Shown here piece by piece: positions 11,044 through 20,414 of a stretch of 64,000 nucleotides of DNA; the first letter of the stretch is position 1; each line of letters opens with the position of its first letter. The notes below the pieces were generated by a model. It saw only the letters and a program-made list of their open reading frames with translations. It made no database searches and had not been told where the DNA came from. The translations under genes were made by a program, and so were the position numbers. The stretch lies in NCBI GenBank assembly GCA_965218095.1, contig OZ244587.1, positions 5,120,001 to 5,184,000 on the forward strand, read 5' to 3'. This DNA comes from Candidatus Poribacteria bacterium. GTDB lineage: Bacteria; Poribacteria; WGA-4E; PCPOR2b.

Positions 11044-12703
11044 TCCCACCTCGCTTTGGACCGCCCGCATTAGTCAGCGGATCTCCAACTTCAAAGTAAC
11101 CTTCCATCCAGAGTTGCCCCAACTTCGCACCCGCATCTAGGAAATCATTGATTCCCCGCATCTCTGACGTACGTTTGCAGACCGTAAACCCCTGCTTATC
11201 TCGGTAAAGTACCCACACCTCCTCGGAGCGCAGTTCGTTAACAAAATGGGGAGAATGGGTGGTAATCATCAGTTGAGACAACCCCAATGCCTCACTGTAC
11301 TCCTCCACTAAACCGTTCAGCAGGCGCGGATGGAGGTAATTTTCAGGTTCCTCAATGCCGATTAGTTGGGGAGGTTCTGGGGCATATAGCAAGGTCAAGT
11401 ACGACAGCATCTTTAACATACCATCGGAGGCAAACTTCGCCGAGATAGGTTTTTCAAACGGCGCATCCTTAATCTTTAACAGAAGACGTCCGTCCATCAC
11501 CAGTTCTGTGTCCACCTCTTCCAAGCATGGAACCCATTCCGACAGTATCAAAAGAATTTTTTCCAAACGCTCTGGGTATCGTTCCTTTAGATACTGGATA
11601 ACATTGGGCAGGTTGTCTCCCGTTTTGGATAACCTTTCTTGCGGGCCCGCTTCTGCAATGCCCCGTGTAGCATCGGCGGAAAGATCAGAAAAGTGCCAAC
11701 CTGTAACGAAGCGATAAAGGGCACTCACACGGGGATGGAGTGCTGATTGCCCAAATCTGCTGACAGCGAGCGTTGACAAATCATTAAGTTGTTCATTGAT
11801 TTGCTTGTCTTCCTCATCCGGTATTTCACCAGCGGTAATGTGCCCTTTGCCCTCCTGAAAATCGAGGAAGCGAAACGGTCTTCCCCGACTACCGCGCCGC
11901 CATCGCAGCCACTCGGCTTTAACACACGGTCCTTTTGTATCTTCATCAATGGTCAGATGGTAGGTGATGAGTGGTGTCTTGGGTTTCTCGCGATATTTTA
12001 ACTCAAATTCAATCGGTCCATCACTGCCGCGCGTCCTTAACTCCTTAAAACGTTCCCTTTTTGCCCATGCAGAACGCAGCCCGTCCGTGAAACATTCTGT
12101 GAGAAATGCAAAGACATCGAACAGCGTTGACTTCCCGCTGCCGTTTGGCCCCAAAAAGACAGACAGTGGTGTGATTCCTTTTAATTCTACATCTCGTAGG
12201 GCACGATAGTTCCTTACACGTAATGACTCAATGTGTGGGATAAGCAGCTTCTGTACAACTAGCACTGGGAGACATTCGCGGAGCAGCTCATTAAATTTTT
12301 CATCAAATTGATCTTCAGCCGGAAGGTCTATATAAACTTGTGTTCCTAAAAATGATGGCGTTTTATCTTCCCCCAGCGCCTGACGGATTATGGGAATGAA
12401 TTTGTTGTTTCCCACATCTTCGACAAGTTTCCTAGTTACAATCATTGGCTCGTAGCCAACGCCACCTTCACCGGCGTTTGCCTTTCTCACGTAGCTATCT
12501 GTACAAATGACCAGTACCCTGTCGGAGTCTCTGATGCCACGCTCCATGAATTGTGCTAAATCATCGCCCAGACGGAGGTGCCACTGGTCAAGTATAACCT
12601 CAACTCCCTTGCGATGAAGCTTTGCACTGAGTTCTGATACCCACTGCTTATGTTCTGGCGTATCATGAGAATATGAGATGAACACCTTGGGATGCTCCGC
12701 CAT
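11033..12703 (-). CDS. SEFIR/TIR domain fused to ABC-type (AAA_21-like) ATPase
   Basis: KVFISYSHD..GGVGYE; then GPNGSGKST, SDG signature, IEEPE, TTHS. Confidence 0.88.
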   Translation of the reverse strand: MAEHPKVFISYSHDTPEHKQWVSELSAKLHRKGVEVILDQWHLRLGDDLAQFMERGIRDSDRVLVICTDSYVRKANAGEGGVGYEPMIVTRKLVEDVGNNKFIPIIRQALGEDKTPSFLGTQVYIDLPAEDQFDEKFNELLRECLPVLVVQKLLIPHIESLRVRNYRALRDVELKGITPLSVFLGPNGSGKSTLFDVFAFLTECFTDGLRSAWAKRERFKELRTRGSDGPIEFELKYREKPKTPLITYHLTIDEDTKGPCVKAEWLRWRRGSRGRPFRFLDFQEGKGHITAGEIPDEEDKQINEQLNDLSTLAVSRFGQSALHPRVSALYRFVTGWHFSDLSADATRGIAEAGPQERLSKTGDNLPNVIQYLKERYPERLEKILLILSEWVPCLEEVDTELVMDGRLLLKIKDAPFEKPISAKFASDGMLKMLSYLTLLYAPEPPQLIGIEEPENYLHPRLLNGLVEEYSEALGLSQLMITTHSPHFVNELRSEEVWVLYRDKQGFTVCKRTSEMRGINDFLDAGAKLGQLWMEGYFEVGDPLTNAGGPKRGGNAD

Positions 12704-12887
12704 CTCCTACCTCCAATTTCATGCGAATATGAAACATCGCACAAATCTAAATACTGTTAAAAAAATCGATGAAGTCAAACAACGCGAATCTCTCCTGACG
12801 ACAGTTCGACAGCAGAACGTCTCCGATTTGGGAGAGTGCAAGATTGTTCAAACGGTTTTAACCAATCAGTAACTTCAGTAACTGAGG

Positions 12888-14411
12888 TTACACCCCCTCA
12901 AAGAAATTCTGATAGATATCAGAAAGATTCTGGTGAGCTATCGGATTAAATCCATACGCCTGTAACTCCTTATCGGCTAAGTGAATCCAATTTTCCCATA
13001 AGTGCTCGATTTGCTGACGTGTGACATTTAAGCTGATCCATAATTCCATAAGTGCTTCCGGATTACGACGAAGTAGAACAGTCGCACGCTGGGTTATATC
13101 GTTCCCTTCGTAAAGAAAAGTCAACGGGACTGTAAAGTAATATTCAGAACTTGTGTTTAAGGTGTCCTGTCGACCTGAAGCGATTAACGTCGTTAATTCA
13201 TGGATATTTAGTGCCATATAATATGCCACCAATGAAGTCTGATAGTCCAATTCATTACCAAATATGGGAGCCAACCAATCCCATTTTTCGTATGCCTTCG
13301 TTAAATACTTCCAACCTTCTAGACAATTACCACCACGAGTGCCACTAAGTAATTCGGAGTACCCTCTAAGTTGACTTGTTTTCCATACAGGAAGGGATTT
13401 TCTACCATCTGCAACAGGGATTTTAACTCGTGCAAGGCTTAGGGCGAGATCTAGCTGATTTGTGCTCAGGCTGAGACCCCCGTGCAGACTGTGATAGACA
13501 TACCCTAGTGCAAAAGATATGTTTTGCCAGTCTACGTACACGGAACGATTCCAACTTGCAATATTCAGCAGGTCATCGAGAATGGGCTTCTGATCTCTAA
13601 ACTGTTCCCTACTAGATTCAACTCCCACTAAAGCAACAGAAATTAAGGGTGAGATAATTTCAACCGCTGTATCCACAACCCGAACCAACTGTTCTTTGCT
13701 TTCTGGTCGCTGACCCTCCAACTCATTTTGTCGCCATTGTACCAAGGAATTGAATACACTTGGCTTAATTCTTTTGACGAGTTGTCGCCATCCAAGTACG
13801 TCCCCCGCACGGGCGAGCTTGATCGCAGCTAAGTAAGCTTCGGATGCAGATCCAACCTGCGCCGGGATTTCAGGCAGTTGAGTGCCTGACCCTTCAATAG
13901 GCGGTGCTTCTTGTCCAGAGGGAAGTTTAGCGAATGGGTTTTTTCCCAAAGGGGGTTTCTCTATAACTGGCACTCGATGGAGTTCATGAATCAACTTATC
14001 AAATTCCGATTCAAATTGACTGTCATTCCTGAAGTCAATATAAACTCGCGTTCCTAAAAATGTTGGTGTCTTTTCCTTTCCTGATGCCTGACGGATTACA
14101 GGAATGAATTTATCAGTTCCTAAATCCTGAACAAGCTGCGCGGTTACAATCATTCGCTCATAGCCAACGCCACCTTCACCGGCACTCGCCTTCCTCACGT
14201 ACTGTTCCGTGCAAACGACTAGTACCCTATCGGAGTCTACAATACCGCGCTCCATGAATTGTGTTACATCATCGCCCGGACCGAGGTCCCATTGGTCGAG
14301 TATCGCATCAACTCCATTGTGGCGAAGTTTTGCACCGAGTTCTGATACCCACCGCTTGTGTTCTGGAGAATCGTGAGAATATGAAATGAATACCTTAGGG
14401 TGTTCTGCCAT
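12888..14411 (-). CDS. SEFIR/TIR domain protein with unrecognised, probably helical C-terminal region
   Basis: N-terminal KVFISYSHDS..GGVGYE..KFIPV; about 330-aa unrecognised C-terminus. Confidence 0.85.
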   Translation of the reverse strand: MAEHPKVFISYSHDSPEHKRWVSELGAKLRHNGVDAILDQWDLGPGDDVTQFMERGIVDSDRVLVVCTEQYVRKASAGEGGVGYERMIVTAQLVQDLGTDKFIPVIRQASGKEKTPTFLGTRVYIDFRNDSQFESEFDKLIHELHRVPVIEKPPLGKNPFAKLPSGQEAPPIEGSGTQLPEIPAQVGSASEAYLAAIKLARAGDVLGWRQLVKRIKPSVFNSLVQWRQNELEGQRPESKEQLVRVVDTAVEIISPLISVALVGVESSREQFRDQKPILDDLLNIASWNRSVYVDWQNISFALGYVYHSLHGGLSLSTNQLDLALSLARVKIPVADGRKSLPVWKTSQLRGYSELLSGTRGGNCLEGWKYLTKAYEKWDWLAPIFGNELDYQTSLVAYYMALNIHELTTLIASGRQDTLNTSSEYYFTVPLTFLYEGNDITQRATVLLRRNPEALMELWISLNVTRQQIEHLWENWIHLADKELQAYGFNPIAHQNLSDIYQNFFEGV

Positions 14412-15675
14412 CTTTTACCTCCAATCTCTCATCTACATCGTCCACACGAATTTCCCCGAACAGCAACTTCGGCAGCAGCACGTCCCGGATTTGCGATAGA
14501 GTGTGGGATTGTTGATTATTAGCAGCTCGTTTTTTATCAAGTATGGAAACTTTTTCATAAAACCGTTTGGCGATATCAAGCGGCGGAAAAACAAATTCAA
14601 CAGCGGAAAGCAATTGAGCATTCGCATTAGGTTGTGCAGAGCCACCTATACAACCTGCCACATAATTATCGTATACTGGCGAAGCCATGAACTCCCCAAC
14701 CAGACGAGCCATGCTTAAATCATGAAATTGAATTCTCACAAGGTAGGAAGCAAAAACGGCATCAGGTGGATCAACAATATAGATGTTCGCGCCCGTTGTG
14801 GCTCCAGTCCGCGCTACGAGTATGTCTCCTTCCTGAAGTCGGTATTTCTCATGATTTTTTTCAGTAATATGACAAAATGGTACGCTTGCCCAATTAAGCC
14901 TTTTATTAGAAATGTCAGTGATTCTTAGGAACTTTGGTCCGACAGGTTTTTCAGATGCACTCTGTGTAAATCCATATTGGATTCGTGATACTTGATTTTT
15001 TACTTGGTCAACTTCCCACCCCTTCGGGATTTTTCCCACCGGCGAATCTTGGAATGCTGACGGGAACAGGGCAGCAGTTTCAGCGTCCATACCAGCGGGT
15101 TGGCGTCCATCCATCTTTGCCCGCACCGGGTCAAAGTCCACAAACCACGACTTGAAAATCGCCCGCGCCATCGCTTCCAGTGTCTCATTCATCTGTCGGT
15201 TGAGTTTGATTTTGTCGTCAAGCGTGCCGAGGATGTAGGCGATGGCATATTGTGCAGCTTCGCCGAAGTTCGGGTAAGGGATCGCGGCGAGTTGCGACGC
15301 AGAGATACTAGGAAATGTTGACCCTGTCGCTTGTGCGAGCAATGCGGGAAGTTGAAACTCAATCACCGCGCGAACGAACGGCTGGAGTTCATCTATCCAC
15401 CGGTGACGAAAAGCTGCTATACCACGTCCAATCGCATATTTTTGATCCGCCCAATTCATGCGGCCCGTGGTTGAACCCCGGACGCAAAAGAGAAGGTCTC
15501 CTGGATTTGCGATCTTACGCGCATCAGTGGTAAACTGAACGGGCGTGGGATGGTAAGGGCCAAATTCAGTTGGACCGTTCAGTAGTGGAATCCCTATATC
15601 TCCTGAAACTGTATTGCCTAGTGGCGACTGCCCCATCACAATATCTACGAAGTCAGCTATGGTTTTACTCGCCAT
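14395..15675 (-). CDS. hsdS: Type I R-M specificity subunit
   Basis: Two TRDs; conserved spacer LDDKIKLNRQMNETLEAMARAIFKSWFVDF, IPKGWEV, LLPKLL. Confidence 0.95.
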   Translation of the reverse strand: MASKTIADFVDIVMGQSPLGNTVSGDIGIPLLNGPTEFGPYHPTPVQFTTDARKIANPGDLLFCVRGSTTGRMNWADQKYAIGRGIAAFRHRWIDELQPFVRAVIEFQLPALLAQATGSTFPSISASQLAAIPYPNFGEAAQYAIAYILGTLDDKIKLNRQMNETLEAMARAIFKSWFVDFDPVRAKMDGRQPAGMDAETAALFPSAFQDSPVGKIPKGWEVDQVKNQVSRIQYGFTQSASEKPVGPKFLRITDISNKRLNWASVPFCHITEKNHEKYRLQEGDILVARTGATTGANIYIVDPPDAVFASYLVRIQFHDLSMARLVGEFMASPVYDNYVAGCIGGSAQPNANAQLLSAVEFVFPPLDIAKRFYEKVSILDKKRAANNQQSHTLSQIRDVLLPKLLFGEIRVDDVDERLEVKDGRTP

Positions 15676-15780
15676 TTTCTAACTCCCGCGAATTTGCTCA
15701 AATTGACTGCTCTCTTTAACGGATGCCAATTTCTGTATCACCGCACATTCCTCCACTGCTCTCTTCTTTGGCAGTTTGCT

Positions 15781-16020
15781 TCATTGACGGCGGAAAACCA
15801 AGGCTTCTACAATTTGGGCATCGTCAGTTATTTCTTTCTCTGACCCGTGAAAATCGTTGTGTTGGCCCTCCCAGTCGTAGATTTGGGTGTCCAGTTGTAT
15901 CTTTATGACGGAAATCCGTTCTAGCGACAGGTCGTCATAGCCATCCTCATAGCCATTGACAACGACCCGCAAATCATCCGGATATTTTCTGAGGAGTTCA
16001 ACCAACGCTTTTATCGTCAT
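15781..16020 (-). CDS. Small acidic hypothetical protein, 79 aa
   Basis: ATGA overlap with upstream gene; [21 protein letters not shown]. Confidence 0.7.
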   Translation of the reverse strand: MTIKALVELLRKYPDDLRVVVNGYEDGYDDLSLERISVIKIQLDTQIYDWEGQHNDFHGSEKEITDDAQIVEALVFRRQ

Positions 16021-17771
16021 TTTCCATCTCCTTTGGAATAAGGGCGATACTCCACTAGCGCCGACCTACCGATGATTGCGACGATGCGCGCTACCAGTTC
16101 CCTTCCATCGGCATCAGTGAGACGCAAATCCTCACCGGGCATGAAATGAACTGGCTGCGGTTGGCCCTCGTTGATGGCGATGTTGGAGGCGTAGAGGTAG
16201 GTCCGGTCATGGGTATCGCGAATGGGATTCAAACGCCCCGACAAGCCCGGAAGGTAGCCGGTCTCCTCCGGAAAGAGCACGGATCCGCCATCTGGCAGGC
16301 TTTGCATTTCAATTGCAAGTGCCCCCTGCGCTGGCACCCAGTCGTGTTTAAGGTGTGCGGCGAAGCCGGTAGCGGCCGCGAACACCGTCATGGGAAGGTG
16401 CGTGGAATACAGATTGACTTGTGCCTCGCCATTCTCGTCGGTGGTTGTTTGTTTCCATGTCTTATTGGGAAACAGTGCCAACAACTTGACCCCCGGCACA
16501 GGGAGGCCGCGGTGATGGCACATGATGACAGTGGTTGCCGGTGTCGCATCCGTGGGAGCGGCAGGAATTGTGAGAACAAGGTCTGAATCATCAATAAGCT
16601 GGTATTCTGGGATTTTTCCACTCAAGGCTTCCGTTTCACGAAGGATGATTGGCACACCGTCCCCACGCCGCTCCATGAAAAATTGCCGATCTCCCGAACC
16701 CCGGACCTCCCCGACAGGTATTCGTCCGAAGATTGAAGCAAGTGCTTCGTTTCGAGTTGATTGGCGGACATCCATGCTGTCGATCGTTAGGTTGTTTGGC
16801 AACCCACCGGGAGAGTTTATTTCAAGGCGATCCGCGAACATTGAGAGTCGAATCCGGCTGCCACGAATTGAGTAGTCGCGGTGGGCAACGGCGTTGACAA
16901 TCGCTTCAAACAGTGCTGTCTCACTGTATTGTGGCAAGTCGGTCCGAGCGGGATTCTTGTAAGCACCGACGCGCATGTTGCGGACCGCAAAGGCAACTGC
17001 CTCAGTAATTTGTCGGTTCAACGGTCCAGTAATTGTCTGGGCATCTATCTGATCGGAGGCACGATCGTTGCCTCGGTAACAGGTCGCGGTGATGCAAGCG
17101 TTGGGAAGCCATTCTTCGGGCGAGCGACTGCACAACAGCACTCCCGCCACCGTAGCCCGCGTTGTCCCATTTTCGTCGTTAGCCAGAAGCCCCATCCTTT
17201 CCAGCGCAGATTCAGGATCGGCAGCACCTACGGTACTCAATAAAGGCTTCCAAAGAGATTCATCTAGGGATCCAAATCCAGTTCCCTCAACCGGCTGTTT
17301 ATCAAACCAGAGGAATCGTGCCTGCCCGCGCTGCTGTGCCAGACGCAGCCGCTCATTGCTCGTCATCCGACGTTTTGAGCTGCCGACCCGATGGTAGCTG
17401 CCGCCGGGACTGTCGTGCTGAGTGTGACCTTGCGGTACTTCAACCAATAGGAATGATGCCCCTTCCTTTAGTTCTCTACGAAGGATGGTAAGGCGGATTG
17501 GGGGGGCAATCTTGTCAGTGCAAACTTCCACTAAAAGCCGCTCCAGTCCGTCCATCTGCTCGCGTGACATACCTTGCACATCGCCACTGTCGGTCACACC
17601 ACATAGCACCACACCGCCGTCTGTATTGGCAAAGGCAGCGAGTTCATCTACCAGATCGCCGCGACGGGGACTCCTAGGAACATTACCAACAAACTCAATC
17701 TCCTTGAATTCCCAGTGGCTGTCCTCGCCGAGGCGCATTTGGCGTTTGATTTCTTCGTCACTGAAATTCAT
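16017..17771 (-). CDS. Schlafen/AlbA_2 + HATPase_c_4 protein with beta-rich C-terminal extension
   Basis: [19 protein letters not shown]; [30 protein letters not shown]. Confidence 0.85.
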   Translation of the reverse strand: MNFSDEEIKRQMRLGEDSHWEFKEIEFVGNVPRSPRRGDLVDELAAFANTDGGVVLCGVTDSGDVQGMSREQMDGLERLLVEVCTDKIAPPIRLTILRRELKEGASFLLVEVPQGHTQHDSPGGSYHRVGSSKRRMTSNERLRLAQQRGQARFLWFDKQPVEGTGFGSLDESLWKPLLSTVGAADPESALERMGLLANDENGTTRATVAGVLLCSRSPEEWLPNACITATCYRGNDRASDQIDAQTITGPLNRQITEAVAFAVRNMRVGAYKNPARTDLPQYSETALFEAIVNAVAHRDYSIRGSRIRLSMFADRLEINSPGGLPNNLTIDSMDVRQSTRNEALASIFGRIPVGEVRGSGDRQFFMERRGDGVPIILRETEALSGKIPEYQLIDDSDLVLTIPAAPTDATPATTVIMCHHRGLPVPGVKLLALFPNKTWKQTTTDENGEAQVNLYSTHLPMTVFAAATGFAAHLKHDWVPAQGALAIEMQSLPDGGSVLFPEETGYLPGLSGRLNPIRDTHDRTYLYASNIAINEGQPQPVHFMPGEDLRLTDADGRELVARIVAIIGRSALVEYRPYSKGDGK

Positions 17772-19591
17772 GAATTATCTCCAATCCCAACTATCTCCAA
17801 ATTCTCACCGATCGCCGCATCCAACCGCCGCGCCTCCGCCATCTGCTCGGTCAGTTTCTTGGTTAAATGTGCCATCGTTTCCTCAAACGCTTCGTTGTCG
17901 TCCTCCTGAACCACTGTCCCAACGTAGCGGCCAGGGGTCAAGACGTGGCTATGCTTGCGTACTTCCTCTAGGGTTGTGCTTTTGCAGAAGCCGGGCACAT
18001 CGGCATATTCGCCCGCACCCTCATCGCCGCGCCAAGCCTGATAGGTATTAGCAATGCGCGTTATATCTTCATCTGTTAATTCCCGATGAACGCGATCAAT
18101 CATCACGCCGAGCGTGCGAGCGTCTATGAACAGGATTTCGCCGCTACGGTCGCGGAAAGGCAGACGGTTTTGGGCAGGCACAAGACCTGCCCCTACATTT
18201 GGTTCGTCCTCTGTAGGGGCAACCCTTGTGGTTGCCCTGTTGGGCACGGTTGCCGCATTTTCCGCCCTACCGGCCGGGGGTTGGGCAGGCACAAGACCTG
18301 CCCCTACATTTGGTTCGTCCTCTATAGGGGCAACCCTTGTGGTTGCCCTATTCACCGGGGTTGCCCTCATGCCGGATCCGTGGCGGTTGCGGGCGATAAA
18401 CCAGAGGCAAACGGGAATCTGTGTGGAATAGAAAAGCTGTCCGGGCAACGCCACCATGCAATCCACCAAATCGGCTTCGACGATGTTCTTGCGAATCTCG
18501 CCTTCAGTAGATGTATTAGAACTCATCGAACCGTTTGCCAACACAAAACCAGCGGCGCCGTTTGGCGCGAGGTGATGGATAAAGTGCTGTACCCAAGCGA
18601 AGTTGGCGTTTCCTACGGATGGCGCACCGTAAACCCAACGTCTATCTTGACGCAACCGGTCACCGCCCCAGTCGCTGTCATTAAAGGGTGGATTGGCGAG
18701 GACATAGTCCGCTTTCAAGTCTGGATGCAGGTCGTGGTGGAAGCTATCAGCATGTTCCTGTCCGAGATTGGCTTCAATGCTACGAATTGCGAGGTTCATC
18801 AGTGCCAACTGTCGTGTGGTCGGGTTCGACTCCTGCCCGTAGACGACAATATCGTCGCGCTTTCCGCCGTGTGCTTCAACGAAAGTTTCACTCTGAACAA
18901 ACATGCCGCTAGAACCACAGCACGGGTCGTAAACCCGCCCCTTGTATGGCGCGAGCATCTCAACGAGCACCCGCACCACACAGCGGGGGGTGTAGAACTG
19001 TCCGCCCCTTTTGCCCTCCGCACTCGCGAATTCTGAAAGGAAGTATTCGTAGACCCTGCCCAATATATCCTTTGAGCGGTTCGCTTCCTCTCCCAAACCG
19101 ATTGTACCGATCAGGTCAATCAGTTCGCCAAGTCGTTGCTTGTCAAGCCCCGGACGCGCATAGTTTTTAGGAAGAACCCCTTTCAGACGCGAGTTTTCCC
19201 CCTCAATCGCAATCATCGCGTTATCAACCAACGTCCCAATTTCCGGTCGCTTGGCATTCGCTTGCAGATAAGCCCAGCGGGCTTTCTCCGGGACGTAGAA
19301 GATGTTGTCTGCTAGATATTCATCTCGGTCCTCGGTGATCTGGTAGCGGGCAGCTTTCTCTTTAATGTAGTATTCACTGTGAGGATCGGCAGATTCTTTG
19401 AACAGCCAATCGCGTTTTTCCTCGAAAGCGTCTGAAATATACTTGAGGAAGATTAACCCCAACACCACATGCTTATATTCGGCGGCATCAAGGTTGTTAC
19501 GGAGTTTGTCCGCTGCTTGGTATAGGGTTGCTTCAAAGCCGAGCGTCGCCCCGTTTTCATTCGATTTTGTGTCTCGTTTCTTTTTTGCCAT
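17768..19591 (-). CDS. hsdM: Type I R-M N6-adenine methyltransferase with internal repeat insertion
   Basis: [26 protein letters not shown]; start 19591 (ORF track 19609). Confidence 0.97.
   Translation of the reverse strand: MAKKKRDTKSNENGATLGFEATLYQAADKLRNNLDAAEYKHVVLGLIFLKYISDAFEEKRDWLFKESADPHSEYYIKEKAARYQITEDRDEYLADNIFYVPEKARWAYLQANAKRPEIGTLVDNAMIAIEGENSRLKGVLPKNYARPGLDKQRLGELIDLIGTIGLGEEANRSKDILGRVYEYFLSEFASAEGKRGGQFYTPRCVVRVLVEMLAPYKGRVYDPCCGSSGMFVQSETFVEAHGGKRDDIVVYGQESNPTTRQLALMNLAIRSIEANLGQEHADSFHHDLHPDLKADYVLANPPFNDSDWGGDRLRQDRRWVYGAPSVGNANFAWVQHFIHHLAPNGAAGFVLANGSMSSNTSTEGEIRKNIVEADLVDCMVALPGQLFYSTQIPVCLWFIARNRHGSGMRATPVNRATTRVAPIEDEPNVGAGLVPAQPPAGRAENAATVPNRATTRVAPTEDEPNVGAGLVPAQNRLPFRDRSGEILFIDARTLGVMIDRVHRELTDEDITRIANTYQAWRGDEGAGEYADVPGFCKSTTLEEVRKHSHVLTPGRYVGTVVQEDDNEAFEETMAHLTKKLTEQMAEARRLDAAIGENLEIVGIGDNS
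18172..18348. repeat. Four REP-like GTAG palindromes (two doublets, 111-bp period) inside hsdM
   Basis: GGGCAGGCACAAGACCTGCCCCTAC at 18172 and 18283; (G/A)TAGGGGCAACCCTTGTGGTTGCCC at 18213 and 18324. Confidence 0.9.
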
Positions 19592-19639
19592 AGTCTTTTT
19601 TATCAGCATCCGCTTTACGCTTGTTTATTCTAGTGATTC

Positions 19640-19763
19640 GTCAGAAACCGAGTTTTTGACAACTCACACCCACAATTTCAGCCCAAATCGGCTCAATTGA
19701 GAGCTCGTGGGCGACCGTCAATGAAAAACTCGGTTTCTCTCCAATAGGTCCGAACTTGGGTTA
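19640..19763. repeat. MITE-like element with AGAAACCGAGTTTTT inverted repeats
   Basis: 15-bp IR at 19643 and 19724-19738, then AACTTGGGTTA; same layout at 26669-26823. Confidence 0.7.
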
Positions 19764-19879
19764 TTATTAAAAAGAAATACCACCCAAAACGGGTGAATCC
19801 AAAACTCATGATAACCTATCTTACGGAGATTTTCAAGCCCGTTTTAAAAAACGCTTTGAAAGACCTGATACTCACGACC

Positions 19880-20240
19880 ATAGCCATCCTACAAGTTCCG
19901 TGAAAACAACTGAAAAAGGGGGCCCTCGCGGCTATGACGCTGGGAACGAATCGATTTGTGGATTGGGGATAGGAACTTTTGCACGCTTGGTTTCATGTTT
20001 GGGATTAGTGAGCGGTTGGGCAAGTTTCTCCTGCGTCAACATGGTAATGTCCAGGGTACTTTACTGGGTAAACGCAAATTTAAGGGACAGACCAACACAG
20101 AAAAGGTCTACCAACAGGATTTACGTCTCAAGTGTCAAGAGAATGGCAAATCTTTGATTGTCCGTCGAATTACCGTCGAACTCCACCGACCGACGCGTAA
20201 TGAAACGGTCCTCCATTTATTGACATCCTTGGGTTCTTGG
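19880..20240 (+). mobile_element. Chimeric IS remnant (IS5-type plus IS4-type transposase fragments)
   Basis: SVKTTEKGGPRGYDAG (IS5), then WIGDRNFCTLGF..RQH..RRITVELHRPTR (IS4). Confidence 0.7.
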
Positions 20241-20414
20241 GTTATCCTTATTAAGGGTTGAGAACCTCACTCATCTCCTGTTCCAGTCACGGTTACACCG
20301 CCTTAGACCCTGGCTGTGGCGAAGAATCCCGGTGATGGCGCCCTGGCGATGCTTTGCCCCACTCAGGATTTTACAATTAACTTGACTTTAGATGAATTAA
20401 GGGAGTATTTTCTG

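Noticed and set aside
18172-18348. Possible CRISPR array
   Set aside because: Only two periods, identical short spacers, inside hsdM, no cas genes; REP-like instead
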